The notes under the pieces: generated by a model | Database searches by the model: none | What the model was told of the DNA's origin: nothing | Seen by the model: only the letters and a program-made list of their open reading frames with translations | Shown: positions 9,815 through 19,180 of the stretch, piece by piece | Position numbering within the stretch: position 1 is the first letter of the stretch | Layout of the letters: the number at the start of each line of letters is the position of its first letter | Virus record (IMG/VR): IMGVR_UViG_3300035682_000005 | DNA length: 64,000 nt | Origin: a virus | Direction: 5' to 3' (one strand) | Program-made: the position numbers and the translations under genes

Positions 9815-11365
9815 ATGTTACCCTTAACGTTTAAGTTAAACGGACAGTATATCATGAAATCCACTTCAATGATTCTGAATTCTCTTTTGGAGAATTCTGA
9901 TTTTCCAAACGCATCTCGTAAAACAATTACTCTTAGCGAATATTACGCACTTCGAGATTACATCGACACATCACCTGTTGAGTATCAGCGACCTTACGAT
10001 CCTAGTCGCGAAAATTCTGATGAAAAGGGACTTGTTAAATATGTGCTCGATCTTTTCTTTTACAGAGATGTAAAAGCAAACATGCTTCCTGCACTTGTAA
10101 TGCGACAGCTACACACAAATCAAATTGAGCAGCGCGTCGCCTCTGGCAGAAAGAATTGTAAAATACTTGAGATGACCGATGGTCAACATCGCACTGTCAT
10201 TATGTTTAAGTTATTGTCTGGTGAAATTAAAATACCATCTGACTACACAGTGATGTTTAATGGAAGAAGTGTTCTCATCGGCGATAAGACGATACCGGAT
10301 CTTATGCAATTGGGACAAAATTACAGAGAACTCATTGAGTCTCGTGTATTCTCCATGGATGTTTACCTGGATTATTACTACAACATTGCAGATGAACGAG
10401 CAGCAGAAATCTTTGCAGAGAGAAATTCTGGTGCGCCACAGTCTCGACAAAGTGTTCGTAATTGTCAAACACATAAACTGTGTGTAACAATTCGTTCTCT
10501 TGCCAGAGACATACCAGACTTTGATACGAAGTGTCATCCACTTATGGCTGTTGTACAAAACGCAAACGGAGAACTCATCGGAAAGTTCTATCCGGGTAAG
10601 ATGACAAGCGATCTTAATTTTGATGAGGATGTTGCTCGAACGTTAGCAACAATCATTGGTTACGATAAACTAGCCTCAGAAGATTCAATGAACATCGATC
10701 AAAATACACTCGATAGAATGTATACGTTGTATGGCAATCAATTGAATCAAAAATACTATGAGATGCTTATTGATGTTCTTGACTTTCAATATGAATTCTT
10801 AAAGAACATTCATGAGAACTTGCGCCGAGATCGAATTGATAAGAGCTTCTGGAATGCAATTCGATATATCTCAGTCATTCTGGTTCATAGAGCACACACT
10901 AGCAACAAATCATTATCGTTTGGTGTTGATAAGAGAGCAGCAACATTCTTGATGTGGAGAACACTCAACAAGTTTATTACACAAATGTGTTCTGTTCCTA
11001 AGAAAGATAGAGATGTTATTAAGCAGACTTTGTTTGAGCGAAGTCTTAACAAAATGAACTGGTATTCAAAAACAAGCGGTACTGGTCTTGCTGTAGTGTT
11101 TGCAGCACTCGACCGTTTCTTAAAGAAGAACAATACCAAGTCTCTTGGTGTTATATTGAAAGACAATCGAGAAACGTTTAACCCAAAGTTACGCGCAATT
11201 CTTTACACAGAACAGAATGGTAAAGATGCAATAACTGGACGTATGATAGATTACGAAGATGCTGTAACAGACCATAAGTTGTGTCGAGCCCGTGGCGGTG
11301 AAACAAAAGAACATAATGCTCAAGTTGTGGCTTCATGCACTAACAGCATGAAAAGTGTGAATTAA
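9815..11365 (+). CDS. DUF262 (ParB-like/GmrS) domain fused to C-terminal HNH nuclease; GmrSD-like
   Basis: PVEYQRPY, DGQHR, IFAERNSG; C-terminal DHKLCRARGG...N...N..KS. Confidence 0.75.
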   Translation: MLPLTFKLNGQYIMKSTSMILNSLLENSDFPNASRKTITLSEYYALRDYIDTSPVEYQRPYDPSRENSDEKGLVKYVLDLFFYRDVKANMLPALVMRQLHTNQIEQRVASGRKNCKILEMTDGQHRTVIMFKLLSGEIKIPSDYTVMFNGRSVLIGDKTIPDLMQLGQNYRELIESRVFSMDVYLDYYYNIADERAAEIFAERNSGAPQSRQSVRNCQTHKLCVTIRSLARDIPDFDTKCHPLMAVVQNANGELIGKFYPGKMTSDLNFDEDVARTLATIIGYDKLASEDSMNIDQNTLDRMYTLYGNQLNQKYYEMLIDVLDFQYEFLKNIHENLRRDRIDKSFWNAIRYISVILVHRAHTSNKSLSFGVDKRAATFLMWRTLNKFITQMCSVPKKDRDVIKQTLFERSLNKMNWYSKTSGTGLAVVFAALDRFLKKNNTKSLGVILKDNRETFNPKLRAILYTEQNGKDAITGRMIDYEDAVTDHKLCRARGGETKEHNAQVVASCTNSMKSVN

Positions 11366-11944
11366 ATGAATAAGCAAGTCAAACAGACAATCAAAGAGAT
11401 CAATCAAATTCTTACATCTCAATGTCCATCATACACGCTTGATGTTGAGTCGTTAAGAAATTTAGACACAATTCGTTCTGATACCAAATTGCGGTTTATT
11501 GAAACGACACATACGTTTGGAGAACCAAACGTTGTCACTCGAATGTACAAGCATTTTAAGTATCGTGGTCTGCCAAGCATTTCTACATCAAATCAGTTGA
11601 CGCTCTATCTTATTATTATGCGAAACAAAAAAACTGGTAAGTTACACTACAAGTTTGGCACAACAAAGTCTGTATATATTGCCGAGCGTTATCAAAAAAG
11701 ATCTGCAACATGGGAATTTTTTTGCGAAGCAGTCACATCAAGAGTTGGGGATAGAGATCAAATTCTTGCTCTTGAAAAGCGCATTAAAAAGTTTGCCACA
11801 AATAGTAAATTGATCCAACCTAATGTTGAAGATTTTATTTTTGGTGGCCAGACAGAAGTGCTAATATCAACACACAAGATTCCATCCGATAAATTGTTGG
11901 AGCTGTATCGCATTTTTAATGACACCGGCTTCGATGGATTGTAA
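11366..11944 (+). CDS. GIY-YIG superfamily nuclease-like protein
   Basis: LYLIIM..YKFGTT..ERY..LEKRI..GQTE; start abuts upstream stop. Confidence 0.6.
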   Translation: MNKQVKQTIKEINQILTSQCPSYTLDVESLRNLDTIRSDTKLRFIETTHTFGEPNVVTRMYKHFKYRGLPSISTSNQLTLYLIIMRNKKTGKLHYKFGTTKSVYIAERYQKRSATWEFFCEAVTSRVGDRDQILALEKRIKKFATNSKLIQPNVEDFIFGGQTEVLISTHKIPSDKLLELYRIFNDTGFDGL

Positions 11945-12000
11945 TCAAATAACTGAAAATAAGAATGACATTACACCCACATTAGTGTAATATTATCGTC

Positions 12001-13107
12001 ATGCAAGATCTCTCAAAACTTTCTGATGCTGAGTTAAAAGCATACGCACAAAAACTTTCGTTTGACGTATCAAAGTATCACAACTTCCAGTTGACAAAAA
12101 AGATTCAATTGAACTCTGCGTATGGTGCGATGGGTAATCAATACTTTCGTTTTTACGACATTCGTTTAGCTGAAGCTGTTACACTTTCTGGTCAGTTAAT
12201 CATTCAGTGGCTTGCTCGTGACATTAACAAGTACATGAACACAATTCTTAAAACAGAGAGTGTTGATTATGTAATTGCAATTGACACAGACTCAATTTAC
12301 TTGAATATGAAACATCTTGTCCACACAGTGTACAAAGACAAGCTACCAGATGACAAATCAAAGATTGTTGATTTCATCGATAAAGTTGCCGAAGAAAAGA
12401 TTCAAAAAGTTATTGATAAGAGTTGTTCTGAGTTGCGCTCATATATTAACGCTCGCTCACAAAAGATGCAGATGAAGCGAGAGTCGATTGCAGACAAAGC
12501 GATCTGGACAGCAAAGAAGCGTTACATACTTAACGTCTTTGATGTTGAGGGTGTTCGTTATGAGACTCCAAAGTTAAAGATTCAAGGCATTGAAGCAGTC
12601 AAGTCATCGACACCAGAAGTGTGTCGCCAAAAGATTAAAGACGCAATCAAGATTATTCTTACAAAAACGCAATCTGAGTTGCACAACTACATTGATGCGT
12701 TTAAGTCTGAGTTTAAGAGTCTGCCGCCAGAAAGTGTTGCGTTTCCTCGTGGTTGTAATGGTATCAGTACATACTCAGACCCAAAAGCTATCTATAAGAA
12801 AGGTACTCCAATTCATGTCCGAGGAGCACTAATGTATAACAGATTGATTAAAGACAAAAAATTGGACAAAAAATATCCTTGCATCCACGAAGGTGATAAG
12901 ATAAAATTCATTTACTTGCGTGAGCCTAATCCAACTCAAGAAAATGTTATTACAATGAGTGAAGAAGGTCTGCCTCAAGAACTAAATCTTCACAAGTATG
13001 TTGATTACGAATTGCAGTTTGAAAAAACGTTTGTTGATCCACTCAAGATTATTCTTGATTCAATAAACTGGTCAACTAAGAAGACAATGAGTTTTGATGA
13101 TTTATAG
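12001..13107 (+). CDS. 43B: family B DNA polymerase, C-terminal half (gp43B)
   Basis: KKIQLNSAYG (motif B), IDTDS (motif C), KKRY, clamp-binding-like tail SFDDL. Confidence 0.95.
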   Translation: MQDLSKLSDAELKAYAQKLSFDVSKYHNFQLTKKIQLNSAYGAMGNQYFRFYDIRLAEAVTLSGQLIIQWLARDINKYMNTILKTESVDYVIAIDTDSIYLNMKHLVHTVYKDKLPDDKSKIVDFIDKVAEEKIQKVIDKSCSELRSYINARSQKMQMKRESIADKAIWTAKKRYILNVFDVEGVRYETPKLKIQGIEAVKSSTPEVCRQKIKDAIKIILTKTQSELHNYIDAFKSEFKSLPPESVAFPRGCNGISTYSDPKAIYKKGTPIHVRGALMYNRLIKDKKLDKKYPCIHEGDKIKFIYLREPNPTQENVITMSEEGLPQELNLHKYVDYELQFEKTFVDPLKIILDSINWSTKKTMSFDDL

Positions 13108-13116
13108 GAGATAAGT

Positions 13117-14187
13117 ATGGCAAAAAACAATCCGTTTAGTGATATATTAAAGGTACTAGAAAATGAGTATGCGACAGTGGCTGAAGAAGGCACTTCTGCT
13201 GACGTTGTGGGTTTTATTGATACGGGTTCGTATGCGTTAAACGCACTTTATTCTGGTAGTATCTTTAAGGGTATGCCATCAAATAAAATTTCAGCTCTTG
13301 CTGGTGAAGAAGCCACAGGCAAAACATTCTTTGCTCTTGGTATTGTAAAAAACTTTCTTGATACAAACGAGAAAGCACTAAGCATTGTTTTTGAGTCTGA
13401 AGGCTCAGTCACTAAAGAAATTCTCACATCACGCGGTGTTGATACAAAGCGTGTTCTTATTGTACCTGTTGAGACTATTCAGCAATTTAAAACTCAAGCT
13501 CTTCGAGTTGTTGAAAATCATCTTAACACACCTGAAAAAGATCGTCGTCCATTGCTGTTGTGTCTTGATTCTCTTGGTATGTTATCAACAACCAAAGAAA
13601 TGGCAGACTCTGGTACTGGTAAAGAAGTTAAAGACATGACTCGTACCGCAGAGATTAAAGCGGCGTTTCGAGTGCTGACATTGAAGTTGAGCAAAGCAAA
13701 GATACCTCTTCTGGTAACAAACCATGTGTATCAGTCCATGGGTATGTTCCCAACAAAGGAAATGGGTGGTGGAGGAGGACTTAAGTATGCTGCAAACAAC
13801 ATCATTGCACTTTCTAAATCAAAGAATAAAGATGCTGATGGTACTGTGACGGGCATTTTCATACGATGTAAGAATCTCAAGTCTCGTTTGACAAAAGAAA
13901 ATACAGAAGCAAGCGTTATGCTTTCGTATGATAAAGGTCTTGATAGATATTATGGACTTATTGATCTTGCTATTGAACATGGCATTTTTAAGAAAGTTTC
14001 AACTAAAGTAGAAGTTGCAGACGGCACTGCACATTTTGAAAAGCACATTATCAATAATCCTACTAAGTATTTTACTGAAGATGTGTTAAAGCGCATTGAT
14101 GAAGCGGCACAAAAAGAATATAGCTATGGCGCCGTCACTACTGATACTGGTGATATTGTAGAGGAGATGTTAAATGACGCTCACTGA
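13117..14187 (+). CDS. uvsX: RecA-like recombinase UvsX
   Basis: AGEEATGKT, DSLGML, DMTR, TNHVY, MGGG. Confidence 0.93.
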   Translation: MAKNNPFSDILKVLENEYATVAEEGTSADVVGFIDTGSYALNALYSGSIFKGMPSNKISALAGEEATGKTFFALGIVKNFLDTNEKALSIVFESEGSVTKEILTSRGVDTKRVLIVPVETIQQFKTQALRVVENHLNTPEKDRRPLLLCLDSLGMLSTTKEMADSGTGKEVKDMTRTAEIKAAFRVLTLKLSKAKIPLLVTNHVYQSMGMFPTKEMGGGGGLKYAANNIIALSKSKNKDADGTVTGIFIRCKNLKSRLTKENTEASVMLSYDKGLDRYYGLIDLAIEHGIFKKVSTKVEVADGTAHFEKHIINNPTKYFTEDVLKRIDEAAQKEYSYGAVTTDTGDIVEEMLNDAH

Positions 14188-14536
14188 TACTCCAATAAAA
14201 GACAAATATAGAATTGTATTTGATTCACAAGACTCAAAAAAGTGGTGTGTAGAACTTCTTGCGCCATGCGATCCATTTCACGGCATCATTTTGTCGTATG
14301 GAGAGTTCAATATTAAGAAAGATGTAGATGATGATACAAACCCAAAATTTTCATTTCAAACAGAAATTATTTACGTGCCAGAAAGACTGAAAGATGTTAC
14401 ACTACCCGACGAAGCTGAAGATCAAATGCAGACCCTTCTAGGTCAAATCTTGATCGACATTATTGAAAGTAATGTGAGCAAAGCAAAAGCAGAGAATGGT
14501 AAGATGTTTCTTGAGTTGGTAAAAGATGATAAATGA
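14174..14536 (+). CDS. conserved hypothetical protein at the gp40 position
   Basis: between uvsX and gp41, overlapping both. Confidence 0.55.
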   Translation: MTLTDTPIKDKYRIVFDSQDSKKWCVELLAPCDPFHGIILSYGEFNIKKDVDDDTNPKFSFQTEIIYVPERLKDVTLPDEAEDQMQTLLGQILIDIIESNVSKAKAENGKMFLELVKDDK

Positions 14537-15938
14537 TCGAATTGAGTCTGTCATTCTTAGTAGTCTTCTCAATGATGAGACATACTGTAGACGAGTGCTT
14601 CCTTTTATTAAAGCTGAATACTTTTCTGATGAGTGTGAGAAACTTGTCTTTCTGAAAGTTTCAGACTTCATTTTAAAGTATGATGCCTTGCCTTCAAAAG
14701 AAGCACTTGTCATTGCAATATCAAATGACAAACAACTTGTTGACTCTGTAGAGAAGCAAGCAAAAGATGTTGTTGTATCACTTGAGCCAATACGAGTTGA
14801 GCAAAAGTGGCTAATTGATCAGACTGAAGAGTGGTGTAAAGATCGTGCAATCTACCATGCACTCATGAACAGCATCAAAATTGCTGATGATAAGAAAGGA
14901 AAACTTTCTCGCGGCACTATTCCTAAACTACTAACAGATGCACTTTCAGTGTCATTTGATCCAAACATCGGACATAGTTATCTTGATGACACTGATTCGC
15001 GATATGAGTTCTATCACAAAGTAGAAGAGAAGTTTGCGTTTGATCTTGATTGTATGAACAAGATTACAAAGAATGGTGTACCACGTAAAACACTCAATGT
15101 TATACTTGCTGGAACTGCCGTTGGTAAATCTCTCGCACTGTGTCACATGGCCGCGAGCTATTTTATGAATGGCAAAAATGTTTTGTACATTACGCTTGAA
15201 ATGGCAGAAGCAAGAATTGCAGAACGAATCGATGCAAACTTGCTTAACATCTCTCTATCAGATCTTCAAAGCATATCAAAAGATATGTACGATAGAAAGA
15301 TTGCGGCGATCAAAAATAAGACAGTTGGTCGAATGATTATTAAAGAGTATCCAACTGCAACTGCATCTGTTACTCACTTTAGAGCATTGTTGAGTGAGTT
15401 GTATTTAAAAAAGAATTTTGTGCCCGACGTTATCTTTGTTGACTACTTAAACATATCTGCAAGTGCTCGATTGAACCAATCGAATCATGTCAACAGCTAC
15501 ACATACGTCAAGAGCATTGCAGAAGAGTTTCGTGGACTTGCAGTAGAGTGTAATGTTCCAATCTGGACTGCAACTCAAACAAACAGACAAGGCTTCGTAT
15601 CGAGTGACATCGGACTTGAAAATACTTCAGAGTCATTTGGTCTTCCAGCAACTGCTGACTTTATGATTGCGCTATCATCGACAGAAGAACTTGAGCAGAT
15701 GGGTCAGATTCTCGTTAAACAGCTCAAGAATCGATACAATGACATCTCTACACTGAAACGCTTCGTGTTGGGTATCGATAGATCCAAAATGCGATTGTTT
15801 GATCTCGACCAATCTGCGCAAGATGAACTTGTAGACACCAACATGAAAGATAAGAAAGATACCTCGTCGTTTGATAAATCCAAATTTGGTTCATCTATGA
15901 TGGCTGAGAAAAAAGATACTGATGACTTTAAGTGGTAG
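14526..15938 (+). CDS. 41: replicative DnaB-like helicase (gp41)
   Basis: AGTAVGKS, LYITLEMAE, VDYLNI, SESFGLPATAD, QLKNRY. Confidence 0.95.
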   Translation: MINDRIESVILSSLLNDETYCRRVLPFIKAEYFSDECEKLVFLKVSDFILKYDALPSKEALVIAISNDKQLVDSVEKQAKDVVVSLEPIRVEQKWLIDQTEEWCKDRAIYHALMNSIKIADDKKGKLSRGTIPKLLTDALSVSFDPNIGHSYLDDTDSRYEFYHKVEEKFAFDLDCMNKITKNGVPRKTLNVILAGTAVGKSLALCHMAASYFMNGKNVLYITLEMAEARIAERIDANLLNISLSDLQSISKDMYDRKIAAIKNKTVGRMIIKEYPTATASVTHFRALLSELYLKKNFVPDVIFVDYLNISASARLNQSNHVNSYTYVKSIAEEFRGLAVECNVPIWTATQTNRQGFVSSDIGLENTSESFGLPATADFMIALSSTEELEQMGQILVKQLKNRYNDISTLKRFVLGIDRSKMRLFDLDQSAQDELVDTNMKDKKDTSSFDKSKFGSSMMAEKKDTDDFKW

Positions 15939-15944
15939 TTTTGT

Positions 15945-16037
15945 ATGTCACGAATTGAATCCAAAGAACGATTGTTTTTGGCTATTATTGCAATCTGTGC
16001 CGCAGTTATTTTGAGTATAATTGCGAACAATAAGTAG
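15945..16037 (+). CDS. small single-TM protein (30 aa)
   Basis: MSRIESKERLFLAIIAICAAVILSIIANNK fills the gap; below ORF-track cutoff. Confidence 0.4.
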   Translation: MSRIESKERLFLAIIAICAAVILSIIANNK

Positions 16038-16040
16038 ACA

Positions 16041-16046
16041 TAAATA
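16041..16046 (+). promoter_or_regulatory. T4-like late promoter core
   Basis: caTAAATA ahead of head-cargo cluster. Confidence 0.65.
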
Positions 16047-16073
16047 ATTGGTTGTGTGAGACTGATACGACCA

Positions 16074-17297
16074 ATGAAAAAATTTAGACAATACATAACT
16101 GAATCTGCTGATAAGAATTCCCATCTTGAACATTTGGAAGATGAGGTGTTCAACGGCGGTGTCAACGGGACTCGACGAGCTATCAATTTCTTGAGAGGCT
16201 TGCGAGACATGCTCTCAGGCAGCTCAAATGCATCAGTCAATGTTACTGTTAAATGGGACGGAGCGCCTGCAATCGTTTGTGGTATCAATCCAGAAAACGG
16301 AAAGTTCTTTGTTGCAACAAAAAGCGCATTCAATAAAACTCCAAAGTTAAACTATACTCATGATGATATTGAAAAGAACCACTCTGGTCAAACAACTCTC
16401 ATCGACAAACTTCGCATCGCTCTCGACAATCTTTCAACGTTGGGTATTAAAGGTATTCTTCAGGGCGACTTACTATTCACAAAGGGTGAACTACAAAACA
16501 TAGAACACAACGGTGAATCATTTCTTTCATTTAGAGCTAACACAATTACATATGCTGTGCCACAAGATTCAGACCTTGCTGGTGCTATTCGTGCAGCTAA
16601 CATCGGCATCGTGTTTCACACAACGTACACTGGTAAGACTGTTCAAGATATGAAAGCATCGTTTGGTGCAAACATATCATCACTCAAGAAAACATCAAAT
16701 GTATGGGTGACTGATGCTGATTTTAGAGATGAGTCTGGAACAGCAACTCTCACAAAAGATGAAACCACATACGTCTCTACACGTTTAAGTGAAATTGGTC
16801 GACAGTTTAATCGTATGGACTCTGCAATCATCAATGAGATTGTAACAGATGATGAGATTGTTTCATTTATCAAAACATATGTGAATTCTAAAGTAAAGGT
16901 TGGCGAAAACATCACTGGCACTCAAAAGTATGCTAAGGGTCTTATTGAATTTATTACAGACAAGTATCAGAAAGAAATTGATAAGCTCAAAACAGATCGC
17001 GGCAAACAAGGTCGCAAAGATCGGCTCAAACAACACGTGTCATTTATCAAAACAAATCGTGAACAGTTTATTCTTATGTTCTTGATTGCAGCTCTTATTG
17101 CAGATGTCAAAGGTGTTCTGTTAAGTAAGCTACGAAAGGTGAACTCTATTGGTACGTTTTTAGAGACGCCTGATGGATTCAAAGTGACATCACCTGAAGG
17201 TTTTGTTGCAGTAGATCACATGAAAGGTAATGCAGTAAAACTTGTTGATAGACTTGAATTTAGTCGAGCAAACTTCACGCTGGATAAAGGCTGGTAA
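16074..17297 (+). CDS. conserved T4-like protein with ligase-like KxDG motif and capsid-targeting N-terminus
   Basis: MKKFRQYITE; HLEHLED; VKWDGAPA; LQGD; PEGFV; KLVDRLEFS. Confidence 0.7.
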   Translation: MKKFRQYITESADKNSHLEHLEDEVFNGGVNGTRRAINFLRGLRDMLSGSSNASVNVTVKWDGAPAIVCGINPENGKFFVATKSAFNKTPKLNYTHDDIEKNHSGQTTLIDKLRIALDNLSTLGIKGILQGDLLFTKGELQNIEHNGESFLSFRANTITYAVPQDSDLAGAIRAANIGIVFHTTYTGKTVQDMKASFGANISSLKKTSNVWVTDADFRDESGTATLTKDETTYVSTRLSEIGRQFNRMDSAIINEIVTDDEIVSFIKTYVNSKVKVGENITGTQKYAKGLIEFITDKYQKEIDKLKTDRGKQGRKDRLKQHVSFIKTNREQFILMFLIAALIADVKGVLLSKLRKVNSIGTFLETPDGFKVTSPEGFVAVDHMKGNAVKLVDRLEFSRANFTLDKGW

Positions 17298-17301
17298 AAC
17301 T

Positions 17302-17865
17302 ATGAAAAAATTTAAATCATATTTAACAGAATCGAACGAAGACATTCACGAAGAGTCTGAGTATCAGGGCAAGAAAGTTACGTTAAACAAACCATTCAGA
17401 ACACCTGATGGACCAAAGAAGTTTTCTGTGTATGTCAAGAATGACAACAACGTAGTCAAAGTAAATTTTGGTGATCCAAACATGGAAATTAAGCGCGATG
17501 ATCCTGAACGTAGGGCAAACTATCGTGCTCGCCACAACTGCGATGATCCAGGTCCTAAATGGAAAGCTAACTATTGGTCATGCAAAATGTGGTCGTCCAA
17601 GCCTGTATCAAAAGTGACAGAATCTGCACTAATTAAATATGACTTTGATGTTCTTGATGGACCAAAAACAAAACGTAAAGTTGGCGCAGTTGTTGGTATT
17701 AAAGGCACTTCACCTGAAGATGCTCTCAAGCAATACATGATACCACATGGATATCGAAAGAGTGAAATGTCCACAAAAGATGGTATCATCATAGTTAAGG
17801 CACAGTGGGGGTATGACTCTCGCGACACTGATACAATGTACTACAAAGTTACTAAGTCTATATAA
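17302..17865 (+). CDS. putative internal head protein
   Basis: MKKFKSYLTE; KVNFGDPNM..RANYRARHNC..ANYWSC domain. Confidence 0.7.
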   Translation: MKKFKSYLTESNEDIHEESEYQGKKVTLNKPFRTPDGPKKFSVYVKNDNNVVKVNFGDPNMEIKRDDPERRANYRARHNCDDPGPKWKANYWSCKMWSSKPVSKVTESALIKYDFDVLDGPKTKRKVGAVVGIKGTSPEDALKQYMIPHGYRKSEMSTKDGIIIVKAQWGYDSRDTDTMYYKVTKSI

Positions 17866-17882
17866 ACCGTAAGGAGAAAATT

Positions 17883-18125
17883 ATGATCGTTAAACCATTG
17901 TCACAAGAAACATCGCTTGCATCTGCAACTGACGTAGAACTTGCATCTGTAGTTCGTGTCGTTAATACTGGTAGTGCAACAACTGTAACAATTAAAGATG
18001 GTAGCACAACTGTGGCATCTTTGACTGTAGCAGCCGGTGAGGTTTTGAATATTCAAAAAACACCATCACACACATTGCTTGCTACTGCGTCTGTAAAAGC
18101 CGTGAAGATTGCTCACACGAACTAA
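17883..18125 (+). CDS. small beta-rich hypothetical (virion) protein
   Basis: strong AAGGAG SD; Thr/Val/Ala-rich. Confidence 0.65.
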   Translation: MIVKPLSQETSLASATDVELASVVRVVNTGSATTVTIKDGSTTVASLTVAAGEVLNIQKTPSHTLLATASVKAVKIAHTN

Positions 18126-19180
18126 TGAAGAGTTTTGTTGAATACATTGTAGAGGCTAATCCTTCCGTCGATAAGCAATATCGATCTGAAGCTCTGCGTG
18201 TATTCAATCGGATGATTGCCACACTCGAAAGATTGGTCAAATCAAACTCTATAGATCACATGGAAGTTGAGCGAACAAAAAATCCTGCACTCACGTTCAA
18301 TTTAGGTAAGTTTATTGCTGATGATAAGTATGAAAATGTGAGTATAATGTTCACATCGTCTACTCGTGAGCGAGCTGGCTCGTATGGCAAACTCTCTGGA
18401 CAAATTTTTATAGAACTTGCCATTATGAGTAGTCGCAAAAATCGAGATCCATCATTTAAGCCAACCGGAACTTCATACGACGATCACAACGGCTGGATAT
18501 ATTCTGATGCGTTTCTTCGATTTAAAGATGCGAGCAATTATAAACATCTACTCAATGTAATCAAACAGCGTAAAGAAGATGTTCGAGACATTTTTGTTCA
18601 TGAGTTTGTACATCACATGGATGCTCTTCGTTATAGGAATGTGGCGTATACAGACGTGCCATCATACGACAACAAAACAGGCTATGGCAAAGAATATTTT
18701 AATCACCCAAAAGAGCTGAACGCACATACGCAAGAGTTAATCATGAATATTGATGCGTGGTATAAAACATACTACCTCAGCATCGTCACGACACTTAAGA
18801 GTCGATTTGTTGGTAAGTTTAATACTGCAAAGAATCATGACCAATATGAAGATGCAATGTTTATGGCTCACAAATTTCAAATCAACTACAACATGTTTGT
18901 TCAGTATATAACAGACAAGCAGTTTGCAATCAAAGAGATCAAAGAAAAGATGCCAAGTTCTAAAAAGAATTTTTTTAGCCACTTGACTTCTGATAGTAAT
19001 AAAAAAGTTTTAGCGCGTTTGTACCAATACTATGATGAAGTGTTGAAAACGCGTTTTGAACTTCTCAAGTCAACATTAGACAAATTGCCAAAACAACTAA
19101 ACAATCCAGAAGCTGCCGAGTATGTAAAACTACATGCACCTGACGTATACAAGACTCTTCGTAAATTGGGGATGAAATGA
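18125..19180 (+). CDS. zincin-like metallopeptidase with capsid-targeting N-terminus
   Basis: MKSFVEYIVE; HEFVH then YFNHPKELNA. Confidence 0.65.
   Translation: MKSFVEYIVEANPSVDKQYRSEALRVFNRMIATLERLVKSNSIDHMEVERTKNPALTFNLGKFIADDKYENVSIMFTSSTRERAGSYGKLSGQIFIELAIMSSRKNRDPSFKPTGTSYDDHNGWIYSDAFLRFKDASNYKHLLNVIKQRKEDVRDIFVHEFVHHMDALRYRNVAYTDVPSYDNKTGYGKEYFNHPKELNAHTQELIMNIDAWYKTYYLSIVTTLKSRFVGKFNTAKNHDQYEDAMFMAHKFQINYNMFVQYITDKQFAIKEIKEKMPSSKKNFFSHLTSDSNKKVLARLYQYYDEVLKTRFELLKSTLDKLPKQLNNPEAAEYVKLHAPDVYKTLRKLGMK

Noticed and set aside
9749-12000. Group I intron or split intein in the polymerase
   Set aside because: Gaps are short and AT-rich with no recognisable intron core; no Cys/Ser start or His-Asn end of an intein; both halves have clean stops and starts
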